Assembly: GCF_000143415.4 (NCBI RefSeq)
Contig: NW_003314280.1
Coordinates: 124,001 to 188,000, forward strand
Direction: 5' to 3'
Source: Selaginella moellendorffii
Lineage: Eukaryota > Plantae > Lycopodiophyta
Length of the DNA stretch: 64,000 bases
Shown: piece after piece, positions 36,566 through 50,697 of the stretch
Layout: each line of letters begins with the position of its first letter
Numbering within the stretch: position 1 is the first letter of the stretch
Notes under the pieces: generated by a model
Database searches by the model: none
What the model was told of the DNA's origin: nothing
What the model saw: the letters and a program-made list of their open reading frames with translations, nothing else
Position numbers and translations under genes: made by a program

Positions 36566-39500
36566 ATGTCTCAGAAGCGCAGGCTGGCCAGCCTCAGCAG
36601 CAGCAATACCCCTGGCGGCTGTGCGAGTGGCGGCGGCGGCGGCGGCGACTCCCCCTCCACCATCATCATGTCCGCCACCAAGAAGCCCAAGTCACTCGAG
36701 TCTGCCGCCATGGACAAGAATGGGGTGGAAGGCTTGAGCTCGGAGCAGGGCATGGTTGTGGATGTCAAGGCGACGGGCCACGGGCTGAGCGTGGCCAGCC
36801 CCGTCACCGCAGTCGGCCTCGCCGGTGGAAGCAACAGCACCGGGACAACGGCCAATCTCAGCCGCAAGAAGGCAACGCCGCCCCAGCCGACCAAGAAGCT
36901 GGTCATCAAGCCCTTCAAAGGTATCCATTCCATCCCCGCCTTTCCTTAAACCCCTGTCGCATTTCTGGCAGACAAGCCCAAGCTGCCGGCCAACTTTGAA
37001 GACGCTACCTGGGACAAGATTAGAGCCGCCGTGAGCGCCATCCACGTAAAGCAGCCCGTCTCTTGTAGTCTGGAGCAGCTCTATCAGGTATCGTAGTCGT
37101 TCTTCTCCTTCAAAATCTTCTGTTTCGCTTCATCGGGGGTGTTTCAGAACGTGGAAGATCTGTGCTTGCACAAGCTTTCGGGAAACCTGTACCAGCGTCT
37201 GCAACAAGAATGTGAAACGCACATTTCCGCCAAGCTGTATGCTTTGGTCGGCCAGAGCCCTGATCCCGTCGTCTTTCTCTCCCATGTGGAAAGATGCTGG
37301 CAGGATCACTGCGACCAAATGCTCATGATCAGGAGCATTGCACTCTACCTTGACCGCACCTACGTCATACAAAACTCCAGCGTGCGCTCACTCTGGGACA
37401 TGGGCTTGCAGCTCTTTCGGAAGCATCTCACGTCTTGTCCGGAGGTTGAGCACAAGACAGTTACTGGGATACTGAGGCTCATTGAGAAGGAAAGGTACGC
37501 AAAGCAGTGAGAGACATCGAGGAGCACTCTTAACTATTTCTGCATTGCTCAGGACGGGGGAAACTGTTGATCGCACACTTCTTAAGCATCTCTTGAGAAT
37601 GTTTAGTGCGCTTGGAACATACAGTGAAAGCTTTGAGAAACCATTTATCGACTGCACGGCTGAGTTTTACGCGGCTGAAGGAACACGATACATGCAACAG
37701 ACTGATGTGCCTGACTACCTTAGGCACGTGGAGGTATGCAGATTTTCTGCTGTAGCGCTGGTGTTGATCCTCGAATGCTGAATTATAGGCCAGGTTGCAC
37801 GAAGAGAACGAGAGATGCTTGCTTTATCTGGATGCCAACACTCGTAAGCACTTGATATCTACCTCAGAGAAGCAGTTGCTTGAGCGCCATTCTCCCACCA
37901 TTTTGGATAAGGTTGTTCTTTTCCTTTCGTACAAAACGGCTTACTTTCGCGGCCTTTGCAGGGTTTTGGAATGCTTATGGACGCAAATCGTGTCGCGGAC
38001 CTTCACCGTATGTACCTTTTACTTGCCAGAGTCGGTGCACTGGAGTCTCTAAAGCAAGCCCTTAGCGCGTACATCAAGGCAACTGGTCATAGCATTATCG
38101 TGGACGAGGAGAAGGACAAGGACATGGTTTCTACGCTGCTGGATTTCAAGGCCCGGCTTGATATGATCTGGGAGGAAAGCTTTTCGAAGAACGAACCGTT
38201 TGCAAACACAATCAAAGAGGCGTTTGAGCATCTTATAAATTTGAGACAGGTTGGTAATACTCTTACAACAACGTTGTTATTTTTTCTGAGTTTTGTTCTG
38301 TGCTGATTTTAGAACCGACCTGCGGAGCTCATTGCTAAATTTATAGATGGAAAGCTAAGAGCTGGGAACAAAGGAACGTCTGAAGAAGAACTCGAGAGTA
38401 TGCTTGACAAAGTTTTGGTCCTTTTCAGATACATTCAAGTGAGGCTACTCTTTATCTAGAATAGGTTTTATCTGACTCTTTTCTTTGATTTTGCAGGGTA
38501 AGGATGTCTTTGAAGCATTTTACAAAAAGGATCTGGCAAAACGCTTGCTATTGGGCAAAAGCGCATCTATCGATGCTGAAAAGTCCATGATTTCGAAGGT
38601 ACTTTTTCATACTTGACTAGTTTCAGCGTTAAACGGGCATTGTCGTTGTTCCAGCTAAAAACTGAGTGTGGTAGTCAATTTACAAATAAACTCGAAGGCA
38701 TGTTCAAGGTACGCCTGTATTTTTTTGTATCCAATCAGCATCTTTGCCGAGCATTGAGTTCCCAGGACATTGAACTTTCAAGGGAAATAAACGAGTCCTT
38801 TAAGCAATCCTCACAAGCCAGGACAAAGCTACCAGCTGGAATTGAGATGAATGTGCATGTGTTGACCACCGGGTATGGACAGATCACTTGGTTTTTGCTA
38901 TTTGACGCCCTTGCATGCACGCAGGTATTGGCCTACGTACCCGCCTATGGATATTCGTCTTCCTCATGAACTCAATGTCTATCAGGTGCCTCGTGTTCTG
39001 GCTATCAAAGTTCGCGTTTTGATTTAATTGTCATTTCTCGCAGGACATATTCAAGCAATTTTACTTGAGCAAGCACAGTGGCAGGCGGCTGATGTGGCAG
39101 AATTCTTTGGGTCATTGTGTTTTGAAAGCCGAGTTTCCCAAGGGTAAGAGGGAACTATCTGTTTCACTATTTCAGGTGAGCTTCCTTTCTGAGCGGTGGT
39201 GTGGAAGTTCTAAGCTGAAATTGCCAGACGGTGGTACTTATGCTTTTCAACGATTCATTAAGGCTTAGCTTTCAAGACATAAAGGACTCAACGGGTATTG
39301 AAGACAAAGAGCTCCGCAGGACTCTGCAGTCCTTGGCTTGCGGCAAGGTTCGAATTTTGCAAAAGGTGGGCACGGAAATCTTCTCTTTAGCTAGACTCAT
39401 GTTGAGCTACCAGCAACCCAAAGGGAGAGAGGTGGAGGACGACGACGTGTTTACGTTCAATGAGGACTTCACGGCTCCTTTGTTCCGGATCAAGGTTTTG

Positions 39501-39946
39501 GACATGCCTAACGCGAAATTGCCCGTCCTCATCCTCCTTTGTTTTCAGGTGAATGCAATACAGCTCAAAGAGACGGTTGAAGAGAATGCAAGTACCACAG
39601 AGAGAGTATTCCAGGATCGGCAGTATCAGGTTTGCATGGGGGGATGGGTGCTGCTTGGGGTTCCTCTCACTTGAGAGCTTGATTGCAGATTGATGCGGCC
39701 ATTGTAAGAATTATGAAGACTAGGAAGGTCCTGAGCCACACTTTACTGATAACGGAGCTGTTCCAACAGGTAAGGCCTGGCTGCTGTTGGAATGTGGTGC
39801 CGACGCTGGATATGTTTTTTGTGTGTGACCAGCTCAAGTTCCCTATAAAGCCAGCGGACTTGAAGAAACGTATCGAGAGCCTGATCGACCGCGAGTACTT
39901 GGAGCGAGACAAGAACAACCCTCAGGTATACAATTATCTCGCATGA
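36566..39946 (+). CDS. CUL4: Cullin 4, multi-exon
   Basis: [123 protein letters not shown]. Confidence 0.98.
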
Positions 39947-40116
39947 ATGCCATGGCGACCACGCATTTGTACTCTCTGGGTTGTGTGAGTGTGTACGAGC
40001 TCAAGGGCCTCGTCTTGGTGTACATGGTGTGGTTTATAGACATACATAATTGGGCAATTTCGGTTAGGAAGGACGAGACAACGAAACGGAAGCAGCGGCA
40101 GCGCGTGTGGCGAGTG

Positions 40117-42234
<2,118 letters not shown>

Positions 42235-42298
42235 CTTGTTGGATGATGACGATAAACGTAATAAGAGTTGATTCGCTAGGCTAGGGCTGCAGGGATAG

Positions 42299-42949
42299 AT
42301 GGCCGCCGCTGTTCGCAAGCCACGAATCATCTTGGCCGCGAGCGGGAGTGTGGCGGCCATCAAGTTCGGGATACTGGCGGAGAGCCTGGCGGACTGGGCC
42401 GAGGTCAAGGCCGTTGCCACCAAGTCCGCCTTGCACTTCATCGACAAAAAAGCCCTGCCGCCGTCGGTGACGCTCTACACGGACGAGGAGGAGTGGTCGA
42501 GCTGGCGGAAGCTGGGCGACAATGTGCTGCACATCGAGCTTCGCCAGTGGGCGGATGCCATGGTGATCGCACCGCTGTCGGCAAACACGCTGGCCAAGGT
42601 TTGTTCCCTCTCCACTGCTTGCTTGCCTAGTGACGCGCGTTTGCTGGGTGCGCAGATATCGGCTGGGCTGTGCGACAACCTGCTGTCGTGCATCGTTCGG
42701 GCATGGGACTACTCCAAGCTGCTCTTCGTGTCGCCAGCCATGAACACCTTCATGTGGAACAGCCCATTTACAGAGCGCCACCTGAGCAGCGTCGAAGAGC
42801 TGGGGATGGTGGTCATTTCACCCGTAACCAAGAAGCTGGCGTGTGGGGACTTTGGCAACGGGGCCATGGCCGAACCTGGGACCATCGATTCCACCATAAG
42901 GTTAGCTCTAGAAAAGAGGATACATCCGGCTAGCATGTCAACCATTTGA
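42299..42949 (+). CDS. HAL3: Phosphopantothenoylcysteine decarboxylase (HAL3), 2 exons
   Basis: KPRIILAASGSVAAIKF, VLHIELRQWAD, APLSANTLAK-ISAGLCDNLL, PAMNTFMW, KKLACGDFGNGAMAEP; intron 42599-42655. Confidence 0.96.
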   Translation: MAAAVRKPRIILAASGSVAAIKFGILAESLADWAEVKAVATKSALHFIDKKALPPSVTLYTDEEEWSSWRKLGDNVLHIELRQWADAMVIAPLSANTLAKVCSLSTACLPSDARLLGAQISAGLCDNLLSCIVRAWDYSKLLFVSPAMNTFMWNSPFTERHLSSVEELGMVVISPVTKKLACGDFGNGAMAEPGTIDSTIRLALEKRIHPASMSTI

Positions 42950-43685
42950 TGAGTGATGCGACGGCACCGGGTGCTTGATCAGCAACTTGATCATGAGTAG
43001 CAGGGTGGAGGACGCTACAGCCTTGGGCTGCGGCCATTTGGCGTTGAGTGGCACGGGGACGCGCCGGTAGCCTTGGCTCTTGTACAGGGCAACGGCGGCG
43101 CCATTGCAGGCGTCGCAGTGAAGCGCAATGGAGCGGCAGCCCCAACCCCGGGCAACTTGTTCCGACTGTGTGAGCAGTCGCTTGGCAATGCCCCTCCGTC
43201 GGAACTCGTGGCGAACAGCAACGTTGGAGACGTAAGCAATGCCAGTCCTAGTTATATAGTAAGGCTCTCGCGAGCATCATCTAGCATGGGCATGGGCATG
43301 GGTTGATTGTTTACCTCCTGCACCCAGACGGCCTCCTCCGGGGCAAGAAGTCGCCAACCTTGTCAATGGTGAGGATCCCGGACACCACCTGGACGCCGCC
43401 TAGCGTCTCCTCCACCGCAACCAGGTACTTCTTGTGCTCAAACGGGAGGCTCCCGGCCAGCGCCATGGTCCTGCATACGTGCATCAAACACAGGCAGCAG
43501 CAACCTCGTCCCGCCCACCTGTCCAGCCGGAGAGCAAAGTCCATGACTGCGCCCTGGTGCGGCAAGAAGCTGCTGCAGTGCGTGTCGGCAATCTGCCACG
43601 CATCCTGGATCCGAGCCTCCCGGACGCAGCTCGCACCTGGTGCTGCCCGTGCTTGGCAAAGAACCATTGGAGCTGTCGGGAGCAT
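42938..43685 (-). CDS. Plastid-type GNAT N-acetyltransferase (GNAT10-like), 3 exons
   Basis: IADTHCSSF...LRLDR; GILTIDKVGDFLPRR; TGIAYVSNVAVRHEFRRRGIAKRLL...WGCRSIALHCD..N.AAVALYKSQGY...WPQPK. Confidence 0.88.
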
Positions 43686-43752
43686 CCTCCTGGGTGTTTA
43701 GGTAAAAATGCAAGCACGATGGGGTCATTAGGGCAGATCCAGCGGCGCTAGG

Positions 43753-45337
43753 ATGAGAGGGCGGGGTCACACAGGCGCCCCCCAGCGAGGAAGCATGACT
43801 TCCTTGATTCTCATCATGCTCTCCTTCATGGCCTGCTTTTACATTGGTGGGAGGTATGGTATGCTCTCATCACTTGTGCCACATCCTCCTTTCTGCTCTT
43901 CCAGGCTGTGGCAGGATGCCGAGACTCGGCTGCTGCTTGTTGGGCTGATCGAGAAAAATGAGGGAAAGGTGGTGTGAGAAAAGCCTGGGGTCTCGACGGG
44001 TTTCTTACCTCCTTCCTTTTTTTTTTCCTCAGGGACAGGCCGTATCGGTGGACGAGACCCTCAAGCTGATCGACTGCAAGTAAGGAATGGCTGACAGCTT
44101 ACAACTTTGAAACATTTTGGCCACAACAGGGACCAGAAGAAGAGAGTGTCGGCGCTAGAGATGGAGCTGGCGGCGGCCAAGAGCCAAGGCTTCAGTACGC
44201 GAAGGCTGCGAGCTGAGAACCAAACAAGGGCTGCAGGACGGCTACATGTTGTCATGGGCATCAATACTGGATTCGGGCAGCATGCCAGGCGCGATTCCAT
44301 TCGAAACACCTGGATGCCTAAAGGTATCCAACTCTGTCTATTATCATCTCGCTCATATCGCTGCTCTGTCTTGCAAGGGACGGCTTTGAAGAAACTGGAG
44401 GATGACAAGGGCGTCGTCATCCGTTTCGTTGTGGGGAGAAGGTAAGCAATGCTTGCTTGCGTGCTTCCTCTCAAGCGTGGTGGATGACAGCGCAAACAGA
44501 GGGGACAGCCTAGATCGACTTATTGACGACGAAAACAACAGAACACATGACTTCCTTATTCTGGTAACTCGGCTTTGTTCTTGTATGCCCCGCTAAAGCT
44601 TATCCGTGGCAGGACGACCATGTAGAAGAGCCGGAGGAGATACCGAGGAAAGCCAAAAAGTTCTTTGCCACTGCCGTCGAGACATGGGATGCAGACTTCT
44701 TCTTGAAGGTAGATGACGACGTTTATGTGAATATCGGTAAGCGTTGGCCATTACACTCCTTCCGCAGACTTTTAACTTCTCCACAGATAAGCTAGGCGAG
44801 ATGCTTGCTCAGCACTGGGACAAGCCCAGGATATACATCGGGTGCATGAAGTCTGGTGAAGTGTTCTCCGACTCGTAAGTTCTCGCAATTTTGAAACGCT
44901 CGGTGGTGATCAGCTTGTATCCCTCTAGAAAGCAGCGGTGGTACGAGCCCGAGTGGTGGAAGTTTGGCGATCAGAAGGGGTACGTGGCCCTGGATTTCTC
45001 TTGCTGATAAACATTGTCTGGATTGGCAGGTATATGCGTCATGCTGAGGCACGGATGTATGGCGTGAGCAGGGCCTTGGCTCAGTACATTTCTATCAACA
45101 AGTAAGTTTTTCTCTTTGTGTTCTTTGGCCGAGCGCTTTGTCTAGTCCGGTTTTGCATGTGTATCGGCACGAGGATGTGATGGTGGGATCGTGGATGCTA
45201 GGACTAGACGTGGAGCACGTAGATGAGCGACGGCTCTGCTGCTCCAGTGGCCAAGCTGGTTTGTATCATATAGTTTTTGCGGTGCGGTTGCTTAGTCGTT
45301 GCAATATGTGCCAGGTGCTGTTTGTGCTGCCTCGTAA
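43753..45337 (+). CDS. GT31 hydroxyproline O-galactosyltransferase (HPGT-like), multi-exon
   Basis: TM signal-anchor then GRLWQDAETR, LEMELAAAKSQGF, RRDSIRNTWMP, GVVIRFVVGRSANRGDSLD, FLKVDDDVYVN, YIGCMKSGEVFS, WYEPEWWKFGD, HEDVMVGSWMLGLDV. Confidence 0.92.
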
Positions 45338-45537
45338 CACTGCGTTTTTGGTTGGATACCTTGGTGTTTGTTAAGTAAAGGTTTCACGAGCTCTCTGGTC
45401 GTAGGCTTAGGGTTTTAGATGTGGAGAGGACCATCCTCTCTCTTTTGTAGGTATGTAGCATCTGAAGCTGCCAGATTTTCGGTCCATGTAAGTACGTTTT
45501 TTTTTTCTTCCCCTAGCTCTCACTGGGTTCTTCTGTT

Positions 45538-47586
45538 TTGGGCCAGCAATCCGAGGGAGCTATCCAGGAGTTTGACAAGCTGCGTGACAGTGGGGTTGCA
45601 GCAAGCACCTACATTCTCCTTGCTTCGCTCAAAGCGTGCTCCAGCTCCAGGGATATACAGGCCGGGATGAGAATCCATGCATACGTGACGGAGAGTGGGG
45701 ACGACCGGGATTTGACTGTAGCCAACACGCTTGTGCATATGTACGCCAGGTGCGGGAAAATGTGGGAGGCTCGAATGGTGTTTGACAGTATGGCGCAGCG
45801 GTCCTTGGTTTCGTGGAACGCGGTCATGTTTGGCTACGCCGAGGCTGGAGATGCTGGACAGCCACTAAATTTACTTCGGCAGATGCAGGCGGATGGCTTC
45901 CGTCCAAACAGCCTGACTTACATGGCGGTGCTCAAGGCGTGTGCAGCTTGTGCTGCAGAACAGGGTAAAGAGCCGCCTCAGCTCCTGCTACTTGAGACAG
46001 GAAAGGCTATCCACAGTGAGTGCCGAGAGTGTGGGCACGAAGAAGACCCCAAGGTGGCGAGCACCCTGGTTGACATGTACGCCAAGTGCAGGAGCATGGT
46101 GGACGCCCGGCGGGTTTTCGACGGGATGAAGCATCGGTCGTTGGTGGCGTGGAACTCGCTGCTTTTTGGATACGCGGACAGTGGACAGGGAGAACTGGCA
46201 CTCCAGCTGTTCGCCCGGATGCAAGATGAAGGCCACACACCAGACGCAAGAAGCTACGTTGCTGCAGTCAAGGCCTGTGGCTGCTGTGCTGAGAAAGAAG
46301 AATGGAGGCAAGTTGGTGGAAGTCTGGTGGTGAAGCTAGCGTGGCTGGACAAGGGCATGGCTCTGCACTCCCAGGTTTCTCGTTGTGGCGACGAAGGCAA
46401 CACCATAGTCGCCAACACCCTGCTGCACATGTATGTAAGCTGTGGGAGCCTTGAGGACGCTAGAAAGGTTTTTGACAAGATGCCACGGCACTCGGTTCTG
46501 TCTTGGAATGGTGTCATGGCTGGGTGCTGGGACAGGGGTGATCCTCAGCAAGCGCTCGAGATGACGGCCTCGATGCAAGACTACGGCCTCACGCCCAATG
46601 CTGCGACTTACGTTGCCGCATTGAAGGCTTGCGTGAGGATTGCGGGCAGGGATGGCCTTAGCAAGGGGCGAGCCGTGCACGCGCAGGCCAAGGCAGCGGG
46701 GCTTGAGGCGGACAGGCGGGTCTCAAGTACGCTTGTCAATATGTATGCCAAGTGCGGGAGCATGGTTGATGCGTGCCGGGTGTTCGACGGTATGATGTTC
46801 CATGATGTTGTGTCGTGGAATGGGTTGATTCTGGGATATGTAGATGTGGGAGAGGCTGCCAAGGCACTCGAGTGCTATGCGCGGATGCAGCAGCAGGGAT
46901 CAAGGCCGGATGCCCTCACTTTTGTTGCCGTGCTCAAAGCCTGTGCCCACCTCTCTCACCTCGAGGCTGGCAAGCGAGTTCACGAGCATCTGTGTAGTCG
47001 GGGAGTGGAACAAGAGTTGACGGTGGCCAACTCTTTGGTTGATTTCTATGGCAAAGCCGGAAGCATGCATGAGAGCCGTCGCATCTTCGAGTGCATGGGA
47101 TTGCAGAGGGACGTAGTGACGTGGAACGCTTTGATGGCGGGATATGCACAGCAAGGGGACGCACAGGAGGTGGTTCGCCTGTTTGATCGGATGCAACAGC
47201 AGCCAGATGTGCGGCCCAACAGCATTACGTTCTTGTGTGTGATCAAGGCCTGCAGTCATGCCGGGCTGGTGGACACGGGCAAACACTGCTTCGATCTCAT
47301 GCAGCTGGGAGCCTGCCTTGTGCCTGGGATCGAGCATTACAGCGCCTTACTGGATCTCTTGGCCCGTGCAAACCGACTGGACGATGCGCTAGCTTTGCTC
47401 ACAGGGATGCCCTGCGCGCCGGATCAGGCCATGTGGATGACGGTCTTGACTGCTGCTCGCAAGTGGAGTAACCTCGAGGTTGCAAGGGTAGCTTTTGAGT
47501 CGATTGCGAGAATGAGAGAGGAAGACTCCGCTGCATACGTCGTTTTGGCCAACACGTATGCGGCAGCTGGCGATGTCCCGGATTGA
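45538..47586 (+). CDS. PLS-class pentatricopeptide repeat protein with a (partial) E domain and no DYW; true start uncertain (possible exon from 45419)
   Basis: Repeated ANTLVHMYARCG / VSWNA / PNSLTYMAVLKAC triplets; ACSHAGLVD, EHYSALLDLLARA, AAYVVLANTYAAAG. Confidence 0.93.
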   Translation: MGQQSEGAIQEFDKLRDSGVAASTYILLASLKACSSSRDIQAGMRIHAYVTESGDDRDLTVANTLVHMYARCGKMWEARMVFDSMAQRSLVSWNAVMFGYAEAGDAGQPLNLLRQMQADGFRPNSLTYMAVLKACAACAAEQGKEPPQLLLLETGKAIHSECRECGHEEDPKVASTLVDMYAKCRSMVDARRVFDGMKHRSLVAWNSLLFGYADSGQGELALQLFARMQDEGHTPDARSYVAAVKACGCCAEKEEWRQVGGSLVVKLAWLDKGMALHSQVSRCGDEGNTIVANTLLHMYVSCGSLEDARKVFDKMPRHSVLSWNGVMAGCWDRGDPQQALEMTASMQDYGLTPNAATYVAALKACVRIAGRDGLSKGRAVHAQAKAAGLEADRRVSSTLVNMYAKCGSMVDACRVFDGMMFHDVVSWNGLILGYVDVGEAAKALECYARMQQQGSRPDALTFVAVLKACAHLSHLEAGKRVHEHLCSRGVEQELTVANSLVDFYGKAGSMHESRRIFECMGLQRDVVTWNALMAGYAQQGDAQEVVRLFDRMQQQPDVRPNSITFLCVIKACSHAGLVDTGKHCFDLMQLGACLVPGIEHYSALLDLLARANRLDDALALLTGMPCAPDQAMWMTVLTAARKWSNLEVARVAFESIARMREEDSAAYVVLANTYAAAGDVPD

Positions 47587-47644
47587 TTCAAGGAAATGCA
47601 TTATCGGCGTCTCAAGAGCGAAGTACGGCTTCCCGGACTACAAT

Positions 47645-49470
47645 TTAGTAGAACGGCAGAATTTGGTGTGATTTCCAGGAGGAACACTGCCACCTCTTGG
47701 CCTTCGGTTGGTTCAGATCCATGCCATGGGAGGTGAAGTCGCTGTCGAATGGTTGTGAATGCCGTGGGTTGTGTGTGCCACTCTCCACCTCCTTATACCA
47801 GAGCTGGCATAGCCGTTCCTCCCAGGGGTTGGGGGGCGAGACCATTCCCCGACTGTCGAGTACAGTCTGTGTCCGCCTTGCCATGAGAATTTTTCTTTGT
47901 TTCCGGCCAAGCGTCGACCCCTGTTGACTGGTCAGTTCCTTGTATGTCTTGGAAGGCTTTTTCACTGAGATCATTGAGATCCATTGCGTCCAAACCCGCA
48001 GTCTGTGCCATCCATAGATGACCAATTTTGGAAGCTTGTCGTCATCTGAGTGTGCGAGTAAGCACAAGAAATACTTCTTCCAGACTTCAAGCTGCACTGG
48101 CAGGATGTCTGTATAATCCCGAGAGATACTTTCGGGCGAATTCCGTGAGAATAACTTGGCTCCAGAAGTCCTTGGTCAGACCTGCCCAGTTCATGTAGAT
48201 CGCGAGGAGGAGATACGTGGCGATGGCGGGAGCTTGGACGATCCGTCACCAGCGTCGCCACGCTTGGTAGCAGCGCCGTCACCACCTCAGGTGTGGAGGT
48301 AGGCTCCCAGGCCCGGCTGGTTGGCAGCCTTGGACCTCACGGCCTCGCCCGAGAGGTGGTGGTGCCTCAATTGCATCAATATACAGACCACCAATGGTGT
48401 TGGTGATTGAGTCTTGACCAGCGCAGTCAGTCGTATATATCTTGGGTGTCCCCTGTGCTTTCAGTAAAGATTTCTTGATGTACGGGTGCAGCTGTACTGG
48501 GGGCGAAACCCTGCCTGGGCTGTTATGCGTTTCCCCTCTTGCTCACCGCGTTTCTCCACCATGGTAGCGAAGGGCTTGGAGAAAATGGAAGAAACCAGTA
48601 TAGTGCGATAATTCATGGGGAGTAACTCGTTGCCACTCTTGTGTGTAGGCACTATACAGTTCATAGTCCATTGTCTCGGGAAAGTATACCATCAAAGATG
48701 CATCCTAGGACCCTTCAGGCGGATTTCCTTGCAAGGATCTCCGCCGTGAGGTCGTGCATAGCAGGGAGATTTCCAATAGCCCGAACTAGCTCTTCGACAG
48801 TGAAGTGACTGTGTCCCATTTGTGAATGATTGGTGGAAAGACCGGACTGTCTCGGAGGTATACCACCCAGACTTCCGCGCCTGTCAGTTGAACTGTTCGA
48901 GCGTTCTCCACATTCTTGCGGCCCCGTCTTTCATATATGGCATCGCATCTAGCTTTTTGCTTCTTTAGCGTGTACCATTCCTTGCAGTCCTCATCCCACC
49001 ATGGAGAGTTGGGAAAGCCAGGGCGTCTTTGGGTGGAATGTCGTGGACAAGTGAATTGTGCCGCTGTAAGAGCTCTGCGTAGTCCTCTTTCCGTGTGACA
49101 GGGGCTGAGGCCGCCCAGAGATCGCATACCCGTTGAGCATATAACTCTCGACGATCATCCACCAACCTGTATGTGATTTAGGCGGGAAGCTCCCTGGGAG
49201 CAGTGACGGGCAAGGACTGTCCTTAATGGACAGTGATCTGCCGTTTCCAGAGGTGGAAGTCCACCACAGGGTGTGATCTTGGCAGTGTGCCATTGAAAAT
49301 AATCATGCCATGCACAGAACACACCTCGATGACTTGGCTCCCTGTCGTGATTACCAGCTCATCCTGGGTAAATGTCCGTGCAAAGTGTGCCCCTCTTGGT
49401 CGTGAAGGTTCCCAGTGCGGCGTGAATCCTCCTGGTAAATGCAAATATGCTGGGTGAAACACTGAAAAAC
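47645..49470 (-). mobile_element. Degenerate LINE (non-LTR retrotransposon) fragment: endonuclease end plus RT start
   Basis: GMIIFNGT (EN), PWWDEDC, IVPTHKSG...NYRTILVSSIFSKPF...QAGFRP (RT0-2); frameshifted, RT core missing. Confidence 0.75.
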
Positions 49471-49716
49471 ACCAGCCTATTAGAGGAATGTTGGCGTGGA
49501 ATCTTCATGGCAATGATAGAAATGAGGACAACAGGCTCGTGGCGTCCACGCGCGGCGTGCGTGCTGAACACGTCTGTAGGTACCGAAGCGTGAGGCTGAC
49601 GTGCTAAACCACGTGTTTGAGCATCCACGTCGGACTGCTCCATCGTTTAGGGCAGCCCGACGATCTGCAAGGAAAATCCAGCTCAGTGCTCTCCTTGGCA
49701 ATTGGGGCAGCGAGAC

Positions 49717-50697
49717 ATGACGCAGGAAGTTTGTGAGCAAAGGCCAAGGTTTGCTTTCTCCTCCTTGATTTGCAAGTCACACAGCTTGTGTCCAGTGGCC
49801 CGGCGGGCACGAGCTTGGTGTCCCGGAAAGTACACAAGGCCGACAGAGAGAAATTGAGACGCGACAAGCTGAATGAGCAGTTCGCAGAGCTAGCAGCAGT
49901 CCTAGGTGGGTCTTGTGTTGTGCAATTGCCGTATTCATCGTCCCTTTTTCTTCTCTTGGGCGCAGACCCAGAGAAGCCAAAGCAAGACAAAGCCAGTATC
50001 CTGGGCGATAGCTTGCAAGCGGTAAAGAATCTGCGCGTGGAGATCAAACGGCTGAGGATCGAGCGGGGAACACTGTTTGACGAGTCGCGAGACGTAAGTG
50101 TGTGGGGTATGAGGTATTGTGGGAGGAGCAATCGTGTGTTGCTTGCAGCTCAAGCGAGAGAGGGACGATCTCGAGGAAGAAAAGGCAGCGCTTGAGAAGC
50201 AAACAGATGAGTTGGAGGTGCAGGTGCAGCAGCTATTCAGGTCGGCAGCAGCGGTTCCATGTTTCAAGCAGCCGGCAGCACCGGGTCCGTCGCCAGCTTT
50301 TGCGGCTGCTGCTACTACCTTGCGTCCCCACGTCGCGCCACCCCTTAACACTGCCAATCCCTTCGTCTACTTGACGTCGCCGTCCTCTTGCATGGGGCGT
50401 GTGGAGAGGCCATGTGCACAGTATCCAGTAGCTGATTTCCTCAGCAAAGTGCAGTCTAGCCATGGCTTCCAACCGACTGGCCGAGGCGCGCCTCCTCTGG
50501 GACCGGGCAGCCGCCGGGGTGACCATCACGTCCCGCAGTGCTGCCTGGGTTGTCGGGACGGCGATAGCGACGACATCCAGCTCCACCTGGGTCAACCACC
50601 CAGTCGCCACGAGATTGACACGGATCTCCATCTGCAACTCAGTTCCAGTCCACCCAGCTCCTCGGCTGCAAAAGGCGCCAGCTTATGTCCCTCGTGA
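49717..50697 (+). CDS. bHLH-ZIP transcription factor, subgroup IVb (bHLH121/bHLH11/PYE-like; iron homeostasis family)
   Basis: RKVHKADREKLRRDKLNEQFAELAAVL-DPEKPKQDKASILGD, zipper LKRERDDLEEEKAALEKQ, VERPCAQYP, EAR-like TDLHLQL. Confidence 0.88.
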
